This document shows positions 1 through 9,331 of a stretch of DNA of 64,000 nt, in pieces (the stretch's first letter is position 1; every line of letters starts with the position of its first letter). The stretch is from Candidatus Heimdallarchaeota archaeon (GTDB lineage: Archaea > Asgardarchaeota > Heimdallarchaeia > Hodarchaeales > Hodarchaeaceae). The stretch is from the NCBI GenBank assembly GCA_011364965.1, contig RDOB01000002.1, positions 352,001 through 416,000 of the forward strand, written 5' to 3'. Both the position numbers and the translations under genes were made by a program. The notes below the pieces were generated by a model that searched no databases, had not been told where the DNA came from, and saw only the letters and a list, made by a program, of their open reading frames with translations.

Positions 1-1493
1 AATTGGTAAAAAGGGATATCAAGCTCACTAGACATTCTTTTCCCCATATTTGTTGTAGTAAAATCAGGATGCAAATCAGCACCGATTGCACCGATAGTTT
101 TTACTCCCAATAACTGTTTGATATGATTTAGTGAGTTTGAGAAAAATTCCTCATTTTCTAGTGATGTCATATGTCCAATATGTTGAGTAGCAAAGCATTT
201 TGATCCAATTCCGATAGCTCCAACATTGTACATTTCTGCTCCTAGAGCAACAATTGGTCTATCGACTTTCCAAGGTAAACTTATTGGTTCAGGGACATAT
301 CCTCTGCTTCTTCTGATGAATAATGATCTACTGCAGTCAGGTGTTTTATGGACCTTTAGAATACTATCATCAGCCCTTTGGAATATTTCTCTATCATGTA
401 GAAGGAGATAATCTACTACATCCGAAAGCTGATTTTGAATATTATAATTTTCAATCAACATAGGAACGTTACTTAGATTTGCTGATGTCATAATTAATGC
501 AGGATCATGCATCTTTTCGGTAATCATGTGATGAATTCCACTATACGGGAGTAGAACACCGATATTATGCAACCCAGGCGAGATTAAAGGGGAAAGGGGA
601 AATTTTTCTTTTTTATTTAATAGGACAATAGGACGGGGAAGGGATGTAAGGAGCTCTTTCTCTGATTCATTCATTATTGCATACTTATCAATTTCTCTCA
701 GATTATGTGACATCACTGCAAAGGGTTTATTACCACGTCCCCCTTTCCACTTTCTTAATCTATCAATTGGAGTATCATTTAGAGTACCACAAGCGATGTG
801 AGTTCCTCCAATTCCCTTAATGGCTAGAATTTTTCCTTCATTCAATAATTTTGAGATTAGAGTCCAATTTTTATGAAAATCAGATTTTGAAATAATTATT
901 TGTCCTTTTTTATCAATTAGAAAGTATTTTGGACCACAATTCCAGCAGCAGGTGGTTTGCGCGTGAAATCGTCTGTCCTTAGGGTTTGTGTAATCCTCTA
1001 AGCATTCTTTACAAAAAGGAAATTTATTCATTACCGTTCTAGGTCGGTCATAAGGAAGGGAAGTTATGACTGTATATCGTGGCCCGCAATCAACGCATGA
1101 TGTGAACGGATAATTCTTTCTTCTTTCATTCAATTGCATATCATTCAAGCATTTATCACAAATTGGTAGATCTGGTGGAATATATGATCCTTCAACACCA
1201 CGTACTAAGGTACTTTTCTCTATTACAAATTGGTCATACTGGTCGAGGAGATTCATAAAATCCTCATATTGAACATTAAAAATATCATATTTTGCGAGTA
1301 CTGGTCTGTTCGCTTTTAAATCATTAATAAACGCCAATACCTCTTTTTTCTTTCCTTTTACTTGAATTTCAACTCCAGCGTCTCCTCTATTTAGAACAAA
1401 ACCTTTCAGATTATAATTAACTGCTAAATTGTAAACAAAAGGCCGAAAACCAATTCCTTGTACGACACCATTTATAAGGATACGACATTTCAC
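1..1493 (-). CDS. hypF: Hydrogenase maturation carbamoyltransferase HypF (3' end runs off the window; absent from ORF track)
   Basis: Manual translation from GTG at 1493: MKCRILINGVVQGIGFRPFVY (acylphosphatase-like start) and YPFTSCVDCGPRY...LPYDRPRT...CKECLEDY...RRFHAQTTCCWNCGP zinc fingers. Confidence 0.96.
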   Translation of the reverse strand, partial: MKCRILINGVVQGIGFRPFVYNLAVNYNLKGFVLNRGDAGVEIQVKGKKKEVLAFINDLKANRPVLAKYDIFNVQYEDFMNLLDQYDQFVIEKSTLVRGVEGSYIPPDLPICDKCLNDMQLNERRKNYPFTSCVDCGPRYTVITSLPYDRPRTVMNKFPFCKECLEDYTNPKDRRFHAQTTCCWNCGPKYFLIDKKGQIIISKSDFHKNWTLISKLLNEGKILAIKGIGGTHIACGTLNDTPIDRLRKWKGGRGNKPFAVMSHNLREIDKYAIMNESEKELLTSLPRPIVLLNKKEKFPLSPLISPGLHNIGVLLPYSGIHHMITEKMHDPALIMTSANLSNVPMLIENYNIQNQLSDVVDYLLLHDREIFQRADDSILKVHKTPDCSRSLFIRRSRGYVPEPISLPWKVDRPIVALGAEMYNVGAIGIGSKCFATQHIGHMTSLENEEFFSNSLNHIKQLLGVKTIGAIGADLHPDFTTTNMGKRMSSELDIPFYQ

Positions 1494-1624
1494 GAATTAA
1501 TGACTCCAAATAAGGAACTATCTCCAATTCCAGAAGAAATCATGACGCTTTGAAATTCTTTTTTTATTATATGAAAATTTCTTTACATGATATTAATCTT
1601 AAAGAAAGAGCATTTGAGTTGTAA

Positions 1625-2122
1625 ATGAGAAGAATGAACGCAAAAAAAGAATTAAAGGATTTTATATTATTAGGGAGAAGCGGAAGGTTTTCCATATTAT
1701 GTATTGGAAACGATTTAAGGGGGGATGATGGTTTAGGACCAGAAATCTATAATAGATTAAAAAATCACATCACTGATGACATATTATTATTAAATACGGG
1801 TAATCAACCTGAAAATTTCCTCACCGTCCTAGCTCGTAGTCAAATCACGCACGCTCTGCTTATAGATGCTGTTGAGTTCCATGCAGCTCCTGGAACTACG
1901 GGTTTCTTCGATCCTAAAGACTTGCAAGAATACCAAGTAACTTTTAGTACACATTTTCTTGGGATGAAAATGCTTATCAATACTTTTGAAGAAAAAACTC
2001 ATGCAAAGTATAAAATTTTAGGAATCCAGCCATTAAATTTAGAATTTGGCTCATCAATGACCCAAGAGGTTCGTACAGCGATTGATAATTTAGTAAATTT
2101 TCTAAATCCAATGTTGATATGA
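1625..2122 (+). CDS. hycI: Hydrogenase maturation endopeptidase (HycI/A31 family)
   Basis: GNDLRGDDGLG, PEN, IDAV, STH and GIQP motifs; lies directly upstream of a hydrogenase operon whose large subunit has a C-terminal extension. Confidence 0.92.
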   Translation: MRRMNAKKELKDFILLGRSGRFSILCIGNDLRGDDGLGPEIYNRLKNHITDDILLLNTGNQPENFLTVLARSQITHALLIDAVEFHAAPGTTGFFDPKDLQEYQVTFSTHFLGMKMLINTFEEKTHAKYKILGIQPLNLEFGSSMTQEVRTAIDNLVNFLNPMLI

Positions 2123-2275
2123 TTTCATTTTTTTTCAAATAAAATTTTGTTAATTATAATGATGATCTAATTATTTACCAGCTTCTATCCCTACTAAAGA
2201 CTTAAAAAATTAGTTTTATCAGCTTGAGGTTAGTTTAGCCTTTAATTAAATTAGATTTGTATTGTATTTGCTTGA

Positions 2276-2292
2276 TGTACAGCAGTTGTACA
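2276..2292. promoter_or_regulatory. Candidate operator TGTACA-N5-TGTACA upstream of the hydrogenase operon
   Basis: Two palindromic hexamers with 11-bp period, about 85 bp before the first operon gene. Confidence 0.3.
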
Positions 2293-2377
2293 GTAAATTA
2301 CATACTTTTACAAGGCTCCTTATTACGAAAATCGTAATTCAAATAACATAGAAACATCCGATAGGTGGAAATTAACT

Positions 2378-2728
2378 GTGGAACTTTTGAATGAACTTGT
2401 AAGAGGCCTTTTTGCCGCCCTTGTGGCGCTAGCTGTTTTATATGGGTTAGCTCACTGGTTACAGATAGCTAAATTTCCTAAATCGAAACTAAAGCAAGAG
2501 CTCTACCAAAGTGGAGAGACAGTCGTACCGAGAAAACGAAGATATCTAGAGCGAACATTCATTTGGTTATCTTATTTCTCAATCGTCCACGTGATTAGCT
2601 TTATGTTAATAACTCTATTAGCTTTCACAGTGTTAACGGGCCCAATTGAGATCTTTTATCCTTTACTCTACTTCATTTTTGCTGCTTTTGCGATTCTGAT
2701 ATTAGCTCGAACACCAGCAACAACGTGA
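2378..2728 (+). CDS. NuoA-like membrane subunit of membrane-bound hydrogenase
   Basis: 3 TM helices with a loop YQSGE (cf. NuoA YECG); first gene of an operon in nuo order. Confidence 0.75.
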   Translation: MELLNELVRGLFAALVALAVLYGLAHWLQIAKFPKSKLKQELYQSGETVVPRKRRYLERTFIWLSYFSIVHVISFMLITLLAFTVLTGPIEIFYPLLYFIFAAFAILILARTPATT

Positions 2729-2737
2729 GGCGAAAAA

Positions 2738-3208
2738 ATGGCGAAATTAATTAATAAAACAAAATTAGTAGTAGATGCATTGACAAATTCTCCTTTTGTG
2801 GGGCATCTAAATTGTGGAAGCTGTAACGGATGTGATATCGAAATTGTTGCAGCATTAACTCCTCGGTTCGATATTGAAAGGTTCGGTGCGGTACTTCAAG
2901 GAACTCCAAGACATTGCGATGTTTTATTATGTACAGGACCAGGCACTCGTCAGATGGAACCACGTATTAGACGATTGTTTGAACAAATGCCTGAACCTAA
3001 GTTCATAGTCGCGGTGGGAAGCTGTGCTAGCACGGGACATATTTATCAAGAAACATATAGTACTTGTGGAAAGCTTGATAATATATTACCTGTTACAGCT
3101 TACATTCCTGGCTGTCCTCCGAGGCCAGAAGCAATAATTGATGGTGTAGTCAAGCTAATCACATTAGCAAGGCAAGGAGCTAAAGCTACGGAAGAAGAAG
3201 AGGATTAA
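2738..3208 (+). CDS. Group 4 [NiFe]-hydrogenase small subunit (NuoB/HycG/MbhJ-like)
   Basis: CGSCNGCDIE, VGSCA and PGCPPRPE [4Fe-4S] motifs. Confidence 0.95.
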   Translation: MAKLINKTKLVVDALTNSPFVGHLNCGSCNGCDIEIVAALTPRFDIERFGAVLQGTPRHCDVLLCTGPGTRQMEPRIRRLFEQMPEPKFIVAVGSCASTGHIYQETYSTCGKLDNILPVTAYIPGCPPRPEAIIDGVVKLITLARQGAKATEEEED

Positions 3209-3218
3209 GGAGTTAAAA

Positions 3219-3731
3219 ATGATGCTAAACGTACCTAAATCATTAGATGAAGTTGCTAAAGCTCTTAATCTAACTAGACGAGACCCAAAAATCTACCCAC
3301 GTGATTATTATGTTAATAGCTCTTCTGACCGAATGTTGGAAATTGCTGCAAAACTAAAAAATGAATTTGGAGTTCATCATGTTTCCACGGTAATTGTAAG
3401 GGACGATGAGGATGGTTTTCATCTTATATATCCCTTCTCGGTGATTCTTGATAATAGCGAGTGGGGAAAGCTCATAGTGGATTTTCTTGTTGATAAAAAG
3501 AATCCTGAAGTTGAATCTCTCACTCCTGAATTTCCTGGACTTGTAATTGCAGAACGAGAAGCATATGACATGATGGGAATTAGGTTTAAAAACCATCCCG
3601 ATCTGCGTCGACTTTTAACCCCAGATATCATGCCTTCTGATATTTATCCTTTACGAAAAGACATTACTGCTGAAGAAATTCGAAGAAGACTAGCTGAAGA
3701 AGCAGAAAAAAGGAGATTAGACTTAGAATGA
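3219..3731 (+). CDS. NuoC/EchD/MbhK-like subunit
   Basis: EREAYDMMGIRFKNHPDLRRLL...YPLRKD complex I 30 kDa signature. Confidence 0.93.
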   Translation: MMLNVPKSLDEVAKALNLTRRDPKIYPRDYYVNSSSDRMLEIAAKLKNEFGVHHVSTVIVRDDEDGFHLIYPFSVILDNSEWGKLIVDFLVDKKNPEVESLTPEFPGLVIAEREAYDMMGIRFKNHPDLRRLLTPDIMPSDIYPLRKDITAEEIRRRLAEEAEKRRLDLE

Positions 3732-4966
3732 CAGAATACGCTCCTCCTATTCCTGAAACTCCTGAGGGAGATTATAGTATCTCAATTGGACCTCAACATC
3801 CTACCCATAAGGAACCAATAAGATTCATATTTCAGGTTAAAGGAGAAACTATTGAACACGTTGATTTACGAATTGGTTTTAATCATCGTGGTATTGAAAA
3901 AGCATTTGAACAACGAACATGGAACCAAAATCTTTATCTAGCAGCAAGATTATGTGGAATATGCAGTGCTGCCCATCAATTTGCATATGCCCAAGCTGCG
4001 GAACGTTGTGCAAAAATATACGATGAAATTCCAGAAAGGGCGCAATACATACGTGTGATTATCCAGGAACTAGAACGCATTCAATCCCACATGTTGTGGT
4101 ATGGTGTATTGGCTCATGATACTGGTTTTGATACAATGTTTCATCTTACTTGGCGTGATCGGGAAATTGTGAACGATATTCTTGAAATAATTTCAGGAAA
4201 TCGGGTAAATTATGCGATGTGGACAATTGGAGGTGTTAGACGGGATATTTCAAGGGATCAGATAACCAATATTATTCCCAAACTCAAAGATCTTCGTAAA
4301 AAATGCGATTATCACCGAGATGTAATGATGTCAGAAAGAAGTTTCATTGCGAGGCAAGAAAACGTAGCAATATTATCAACAGAGGATGCTAAGCGATTTT
4401 GCGCAGTTGGCCCAACAGCTCGTGCAAGTAATGTAAATTGTGATGTTCGGAAAATCGACCCATATTGCGCTTACAATAAAATTGATTTTGATGTTCCACT
4501 TTGGGATCAAGGAGATATTTTTGGTGGATTATCTCTCAGACTCGATGAGACTTTAATTTCCATTGATATGGCGATTCAAGCATTAGAAAACCTTCCTGGC
4601 AATCCTGGTGATATAAAAATTCGCGTTCCGCGAAAAATTGACCCAAACGAAGGAATTCAAAGAGTTGAGGCCCCTCGTGGTGAAGATATCCATTTTGTAA
4701 GATCTAATGGATCTGAAAAACCCGATAGACATAAAATCCGAGCACCTACATTTGCGAATTTACCAAGTTTAGTTCATCGCCTTAAAGGATGTCAAGTTGC
4801 TGACATTCCACCAGTGATTCGTGTAATCGATCCTTGTATCGGGTGTTGTGAGCGAACTACCTTTGTTGATATAAAAACTGGTAAATCTATAGATCTTTCA
4901 GGTGAACACTTGATTTCACGTACAAATCGCGCTCATCGGCTTGGAACGAGAGTGCTTGAATTTTAA
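3728..4966 (+). CDS. Group 4 [NiFe]-hydrogenase large (catalytic) subunit, NuoD-like
   Basis: GPQHP, HRGIEK, L1 RLCGIC and L2 DPCIGC Ni-binding motifs, followed by a C-terminal extension. Confidence 0.96.
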   Translation: MTEYAPPIPETPEGDYSISIGPQHPTHKEPIRFIFQVKGETIEHVDLRIGFNHRGIEKAFEQRTWNQNLYLAARLCGICSAAHQFAYAQAAERCAKIYDEIPERAQYIRVIIQELERIQSHMLWYGVLAHDTGFDTMFHLTWRDREIVNDILEIISGNRVNYAMWTIGGVRRDISRDQITNIIPKLKDLRKKCDYHRDVMMSERSFIARQENVAILSTEDAKRFCAVGPTARASNVNCDVRKIDPYCAYNKIDFDVPLWDQGDIFGGLSLRLDETLISIDMAIQALENLPGNPGDIKIRVPRKIDPNEGIQRVEAPRGEDIHFVRSNGSEKPDRHKIRAPTFANLPSLVHRLKGCQVADIPPVIRVIDPCIGCCERTTFVDIKTGKSIDLSGEHLISRTNRAHRLGTRVLEF

Positions 4967-4978
4967 GGAGGTATTAAA

Positions 4979-6100
4979 ATGTCTTTTATTAAGAATAATA
5001 TATATCCAATCTTCCTTATCGCAACCGGAATATTTATTGCCGCTCTATTTTTAGCATTTCAGGGTTCAGAAGCGATTTTGCCCTGGCTGAAATATTTCTT
5101 GTTTCCTGGTGTCTTGTTTGTCTTACTTATGGGATTATTCTATAACTGGTTTGATAGAAAAATGTTTGCGCGCATGCAAAATCGAATTGGACCCAGATTT
5201 ATTCAACCAGTATATGATATGCTAAAACTTCTAGCTAAAGAAGATATCACACCAGATGGGGTAGATAAACCTGAATTTGATTGGATTCCTGGAATACAGG
5301 TAATCTTAGCGTTCTTAGTAGCTTTTTTCGTTCCAGTATACGCCACGTTCGGATTAATCTCCTTTGAGGGTGATTTGATATTCGTAATGTTCCTTTTAGC
5401 CCTAGTTGGAGGATCTGTATTCCTGATGGGATGGGCTACGAATAATCCCTATGGTCTCCTTGGAGCTTCAAGAGCTGCAGTAGCTGAATTTTCATTTGAA
5501 ATTCCCTTAGGTCTCTCACTGGCAGGACCTGCAATACTAGCTGGTTCAATGAGGATTTCTGAGATAAGTGTAAGCAAATTTTCTCTGCTAAATCTTCCTG
5601 TTAATTTTTTTGCAGGACAAGTTACGATCATTCATTTAGTATATTTAATTCCTCTAATAATCCTCTTTGCTGTTTCAATATTAGCAGCCACTGCTTTATT
5701 AGAGAAAGTTCCATTCGATCCTGCTCACGCCGAAGTTGAGATAGTTGGGGGTTGGACAGTCGAGTTAACGGGGAAAAAGCTTTTCTTTACTCAACTAGCG
5801 AACTTCATAATGGAATTTGCCTTAGCAGGAATTATTGCTGCTGTATTCCTTGGAGGTCCTGGGATTAATGATTTCAATGTGAATATTGGTAACTGGGATG
5901 TCCTTGGGTATTTAGCGAGTATCCTTAGCTTTTTGATAAAAACAACAGTTATTGTATTTCTTATCACCTTGATGAGAACTCTTCATTCAAGGATCCGAAT
6001 TGATCAATTAGTACAATACTTCTGGAAATATTATTTACCGATCTCATTAATTGGTGTGTTCCTCATATTGGTTTTTATGGGAACTATTGGAGTGGTATAA
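4979..6100 (+). CDS. NuoH/MbhM-like membrane subunit
   Basis: DRKMFARMQNRIGP, DMLKLLAKE and PFDxxxAEVEIVGGW motifs. Confidence 0.95.
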   Translation: MSFIKNNIYPIFLIATGIFIAALFLAFQGSEAILPWLKYFLFPGVLFVLLMGLFYNWFDRKMFARMQNRIGPRFIQPVYDMLKLLAKEDITPDGVDKPEFDWIPGIQVILAFLVAFFVPVYATFGLISFEGDLIFVMFLLALVGGSVFLMGWATNNPYGLLGASRAAVAEFSFEIPLGLSLAGPAILAGSMRISEISVSKFSLLNLPVNFFAGQVTIIHLVYLIPLIILFAVSILAATALLEKVPFDPAHAEVEIVGGWTVELTGKKLFFTQLANFIMEFALAGIIAAVFLGGPGINDFNVNIGNWDVLGYLASILSFLIKTTVIVFLITLMRTLHSRIRIDQLVQYFWKYYLPISLIGVFLILVFMGTIGVV

Positions 6101-6101
6101 A

Positions 6102-6536
6102 ATGGCTGGAATCAAAGGTTATGTTGCAGTTATCGGAGAGGCCGTTCGAAATCTTTTTAGACCAAATGTGACAGTGCTTTTTCCATTTGTTGAATCTACA
6201 CCATTACCAGATGGATTTCGCGGTGCTCCTGAAGTAAATCCTGATTTGTGTACGGTATGTTTCACTTGTGAACGTGAATGCCCAACTCATTGTATCACGA
6301 TTACTGGCCCAATTGAAGATCCTAATACTCCTGAGGGAAAAGAGGCCTATACTCACGCAATAAAATTAGCACAATGCATGTTTTGTCAAACCTGTGAGGA
6401 ATTCTGTCCCACGGGCAGAAAAGGTGAGCCAGCTATAAAATTGGGTAAGGAATGGCTCCTAGCAGTTTACAATGTTGAAGACACAGTGAGAACCAAAGTT
6501 GTATATAGAAAAGCGAGGAAAAAGGAGGAATCTTAA
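6102..6536 (+). CDS. NuoI-like 2x[4Fe-4S] ferredoxin subunit (start moved from 6051 to ATG 6102)
   Basis: CTVCFTCERECP and CMFCQTCEEFCP; FRG motif; ATG one base after the nuoH-like stop. Confidence 0.93.
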   Translation: MAGIKGYVAVIGEAVRNLFRPNVTVLFPFVESTPLPDGFRGAPEVNPDLCTVCFTCERECPTHCITITGPIEDPNTPEGKEAYTHAIKLAQCMFCQTCEEFCPTGRKGEPAIKLGKEWLLAVYNVEDTVRTKVVYRKARKKEES

Positions 6537-6788
6537 ATGGCGTCAATAGAAATTCTTTTTCTTGCATTATTTACGATAGCAATGGCTATTGCAGCGCTTG
6601 AAGCAGAAAAAATATCACGAGCGATAATAGCTCTAGCTTTATCATCAGTGGGAATCGGGCTAATTTTTCTGTTATTAGGTGCGAATTACGCAGCTGTATT
6701 TGAATTTTTATTATACGGTGGAGTATTAGTTATACTCTTTATGGCTGTTGCTTCGTTTACAGAAGATAAAGAGGAGGCCAATGTTTAA
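6537..6788 (+). CDS. NuoJ N-terminal-half-like membrane subunit
   Basis: 3 TM; LGANYAAVFEFLLYGGVLVILF resembles NuoJ AxxQxxxYxGAxxVLF. Confidence 0.8.
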   Translation: MASIEILFLALFTIAMAIAALEAEKISRAIIALALSSVGIGLIFLLLGANYAAVFEFLLYGGVLVILFMAVASFTEDKEEANV

Positions 6789-7030
6789 TGTCCAAAAAAC
6801 AAATGTTTGGCACCATTGGTTTAGCCTCGTTTGTGTTTATGTTGCTTCTAATGGTGTTCTCTGGATTACCAGGAGCAACGTGGGCACCAGTATCATCCAC
6901 AGCGGGTACTAGTTTAAGTCTGTTATGGGATATCAATGGCCTTTTTCCCGCAGTACTGATTCAAGGGTTCGTACTTTTTGCTGCACTGCTAGGAGTGAAT
7001 TTACAATTTACACCTGCAAAGAAACATTGA
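6788..7030 (+). CDS. Small 2-TM subunit, probable NuoJ C-terminal half
   Basis: Lies between the J-like and K-like genes; 2 TM; translationally coupled (TAATG overlap). Confidence 0.6.
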   Translation: MSKKQMFGTIGLASFVFMLLLMVFSGLPGATWAPVSSTAGTSLSLLWDINGLFPAVLIQGFVLFAALLGVNLQFTPAKKH

Positions 7031-7045
7031 TGGAGATGATAAAAG

Positions 7046-7372
7046 ATGGTTGCAATAGGTACTTATGGTGATTTTGAAGTGATTCTTGTCTTATCACTAA
7101 TGATGCTGATAATAGGAGTTTATGGGCTTGTTTCAAAGAAATCTGCAATAAAAGTTATCATGGCAATTGAGATTCTGGTTGGGGCTCCAAATCTTGCTTT
7201 TATAGCATTTGGATATGCACAAGGTACAGTTGATCCAATGACTGAAGCTTTTGTAATAATTTCTCTATCAGTTGGTGCAGCGGTTATCGGATTATCATTA
7301 GCTTTCTTAAGAAACCTCTGGAAACACTTCCATACTACAGAAGTGGATGCATACACGACATTGAAAGGTTAA
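7046..7372 (+). CDS. NuoK/MrpC-like subunit
   Basis: GVYGLV..K...IMAIEIL...NL; 3 TM; C-terminal TLKG. Confidence 0.9.
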   Translation: MVAIGTYGDFEVILVLSLMMLIIGVYGLVSKKSAIKVIMAIEILVGAPNLAFIAFGYAQGTVDPMTEAFVIISLSVGAAVIGLSLAFLRNLWKHFHTTEVDAYTTLKG

Positions 7373-7373
7373 G

Positions 7374-9320
7374 GTGACAGATATGGCAGATTTTATCAAT
7401 ACATATTCATTCTATACGGACCTTTTTACGCTCTTGGTTCAACCTTGGTTCTTAATCTTTGTACTCCCTATGATAGGGGCATTGCTTTCTGTAATACTAG
7501 CAAGATTCAATGCTTTTATAAGAAATATTATCGCGCTGATTTCAACTGGCTTAGCTGCTGGATTTGCTTTACTATTAGTGTTTGGCCAAACATGGGGAGA
7601 ATATGCCCTTGAAATAATGCCAAGCAATGCAGTAGGGGTGTATTTTACCAATTCAATAAACGTTGATCCTTTATCTGCGTTTATGGCATTAGTAGCTGCA
7701 GGTTTGGGATTTTTAATTGCCTTATTTTCCTTGGAGTATATGAAAGGTGATGAAGCAGAAACAAGATATTGGTTCTTTTTACAGCTTTTCGTTGGTGGAA
7801 TGGTATTACTTGTATTAGCAGGTGATTTAATTCTACTTTACTTCGGTTGGAAGATTGTTGGGGTTTGTTCTTATTTTTTAATAGGCCATTGGTTCCATAA
7901 ACCCGATCCTCAGGGAGAACTTTGTGCTAAATCTGGCATTAAAGCATTTTTGATGACTCTAGTTGGAGATATCTTATTATTAGCTGCTTTAGGCATTCTA
8001 TGGTTAGCATTAGGTACAATTAACATCACTGATATCATTACTGGATTCTCAACAGTTTCCGCCAGTTTGCAGGTATTGGTAGCATTATTCGTGTTAGCTG
8101 GGGCAATTGGTAAATCAGCTCAATTTCCACTTATTACATGGTTATCTAGTCCTCGTTCAGTTAATATTGATGCGATGCAAGGGCCTACAACAGTAAGCGC
8201 ATTGATACATGCTGCTACCATGGTAAAGGCAGGCGTTTATTTGATATCTAGATTTTACTTTGTTTTCAGACAGGTTGAGATTGACATTTTTTTCGTAGCT
8301 CTAGCTATGGTAGCTGTTATAACAGCATTCATCACAGCAGCATCTGCACTTGTTTCAGTTGATATAAAACGCGTACTAGCCTACTCTACAGTCTCACAGT
8401 TGGCATATATGTTTATGGGTCTTGCTATAGGTTATTTGGCATATTCTACAGAAGAAGCAATTAGTTTTGAAGGTTTTATGGGCACTCAATTTCATTTGAT
8501 GTCTCACGCAATCTTTAAAGCTCTCTTATTCCTTTCCGCTGGAGCTATTATCCATTCTCTGGGCAATGAACGAAATATAAAAAAGATGGGAGGACTCAAA
8601 AAAGATCTACCGATTCTTCATTGGGTTACCCTGATAGGTGTTTGTGCCTTAGCTGGAATTCCATTCCTATTCAACGGAGGATACAGTAAAGAGACAATTT
8701 TGACAAGTGCTTTTGCGTTTGCTCAAACTGAATCGTCCTATGCAATTTTCGGTTGGCTTATATTTGGAATAGGAATTATAACAGCATTTATGACAGCTGT
8801 TTATGCGTTTAGGTTCTTCTTCCTCATATTCTACGGGGAGAAACCAGCTGATCTCAAAGTACATACCCCTGGACCGATAATGCATGGCGTTACAGGTCTT
8901 TTAGGAGGTTTAGTCATCGTAACAGGATTTACAACTCCACTTTGGTTTAATGCATATTTTGAACCAATGTTCGAAGGATACAATTTACATTTGGCTATAA
9001 TCCCCTCCGCTCTGGAAGGGTGGGTAACGTTGACAATAGTGACTGCTATGGTGGCCCTAGGAATAGGATTGAGTTACTTGATTTATTTCAAAGGAGATCG
9101 TACAATCATGCCTACAGTTAGAAAATATTGGATACTCAATGTAAGTCATACCATTGCCAAAGAAGGATTCTACTTAGATAGGTTGTACAGCAGTCTAATT
9201 GATTTATTCCATTGGGGTAATTGGAAGTTAAGAAACTTACAAACCGGGGATTTGAATTATAATATGTCTCTTCTTGGTGCTGTAGCATTAACCATTACAG
9301 TGATTCTTCTGTTCTTATGA
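7374..9320 (+). CDS. NuoL/MrpA-like antiporter subunit
   Basis: GKSAQFP, GPTTVSALIHAATMVKAG, DIKRVLAYST, HAIFKALLFL and LQTG motifs. Confidence 0.94.
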   Translation: MTDMADFINTYSFYTDLFTLLVQPWFLIFVLPMIGALLSVILARFNAFIRNIIALISTGLAAGFALLLVFGQTWGEYALEIMPSNAVGVYFTNSINVDPLSAFMALVAAGLGFLIALFSLEYMKGDEAETRYWFFLQLFVGGMVLLVLAGDLILLYFGWKIVGVCSYFLIGHWFHKPDPQGELCAKSGIKAFLMTLVGDILLLAALGILWLALGTINITDIITGFSTVSASLQVLVALFVLAGAIGKSAQFPLITWLSSPRSVNIDAMQGPTTVSALIHAATMVKAGVYLISRFYFVFRQVEIDIFFVALAMVAVITAFITAASALVSVDIKRVLAYSTVSQLAYMFMGLAIGYLAYSTEEAISFEGFMGTQFHLMSHAIFKALLFLSAGAIIHSLGNERNIKKMGGLKKDLPILHWVTLIGVCALAGIPFLFNGGYSKETILTSAFAFAQTESSYAIFGWLIFGIGIITAFMTAVYAFRFFFLIFYGEKPADLKVHTPGPIMHGVTGLLGGLVIVTGFTTPLWFNAYFEPMFEGYNLHLAIIPSALEGWVTLTIVTAMVALGIGLSYLIYFKGDRTIMPTVRKYWILNVSHTIAKEGFYLDRLYSSLIDLFHWGNWKLRNLQTGDLNYNMSLLGAVALTITVILLFL

Positions 9321-9331
9321 GGTGAAAAAAA

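Noticed and set aside
226-411. 61-aa plus-strand ORF
   Set aside because: Antisense shadow of hypF.
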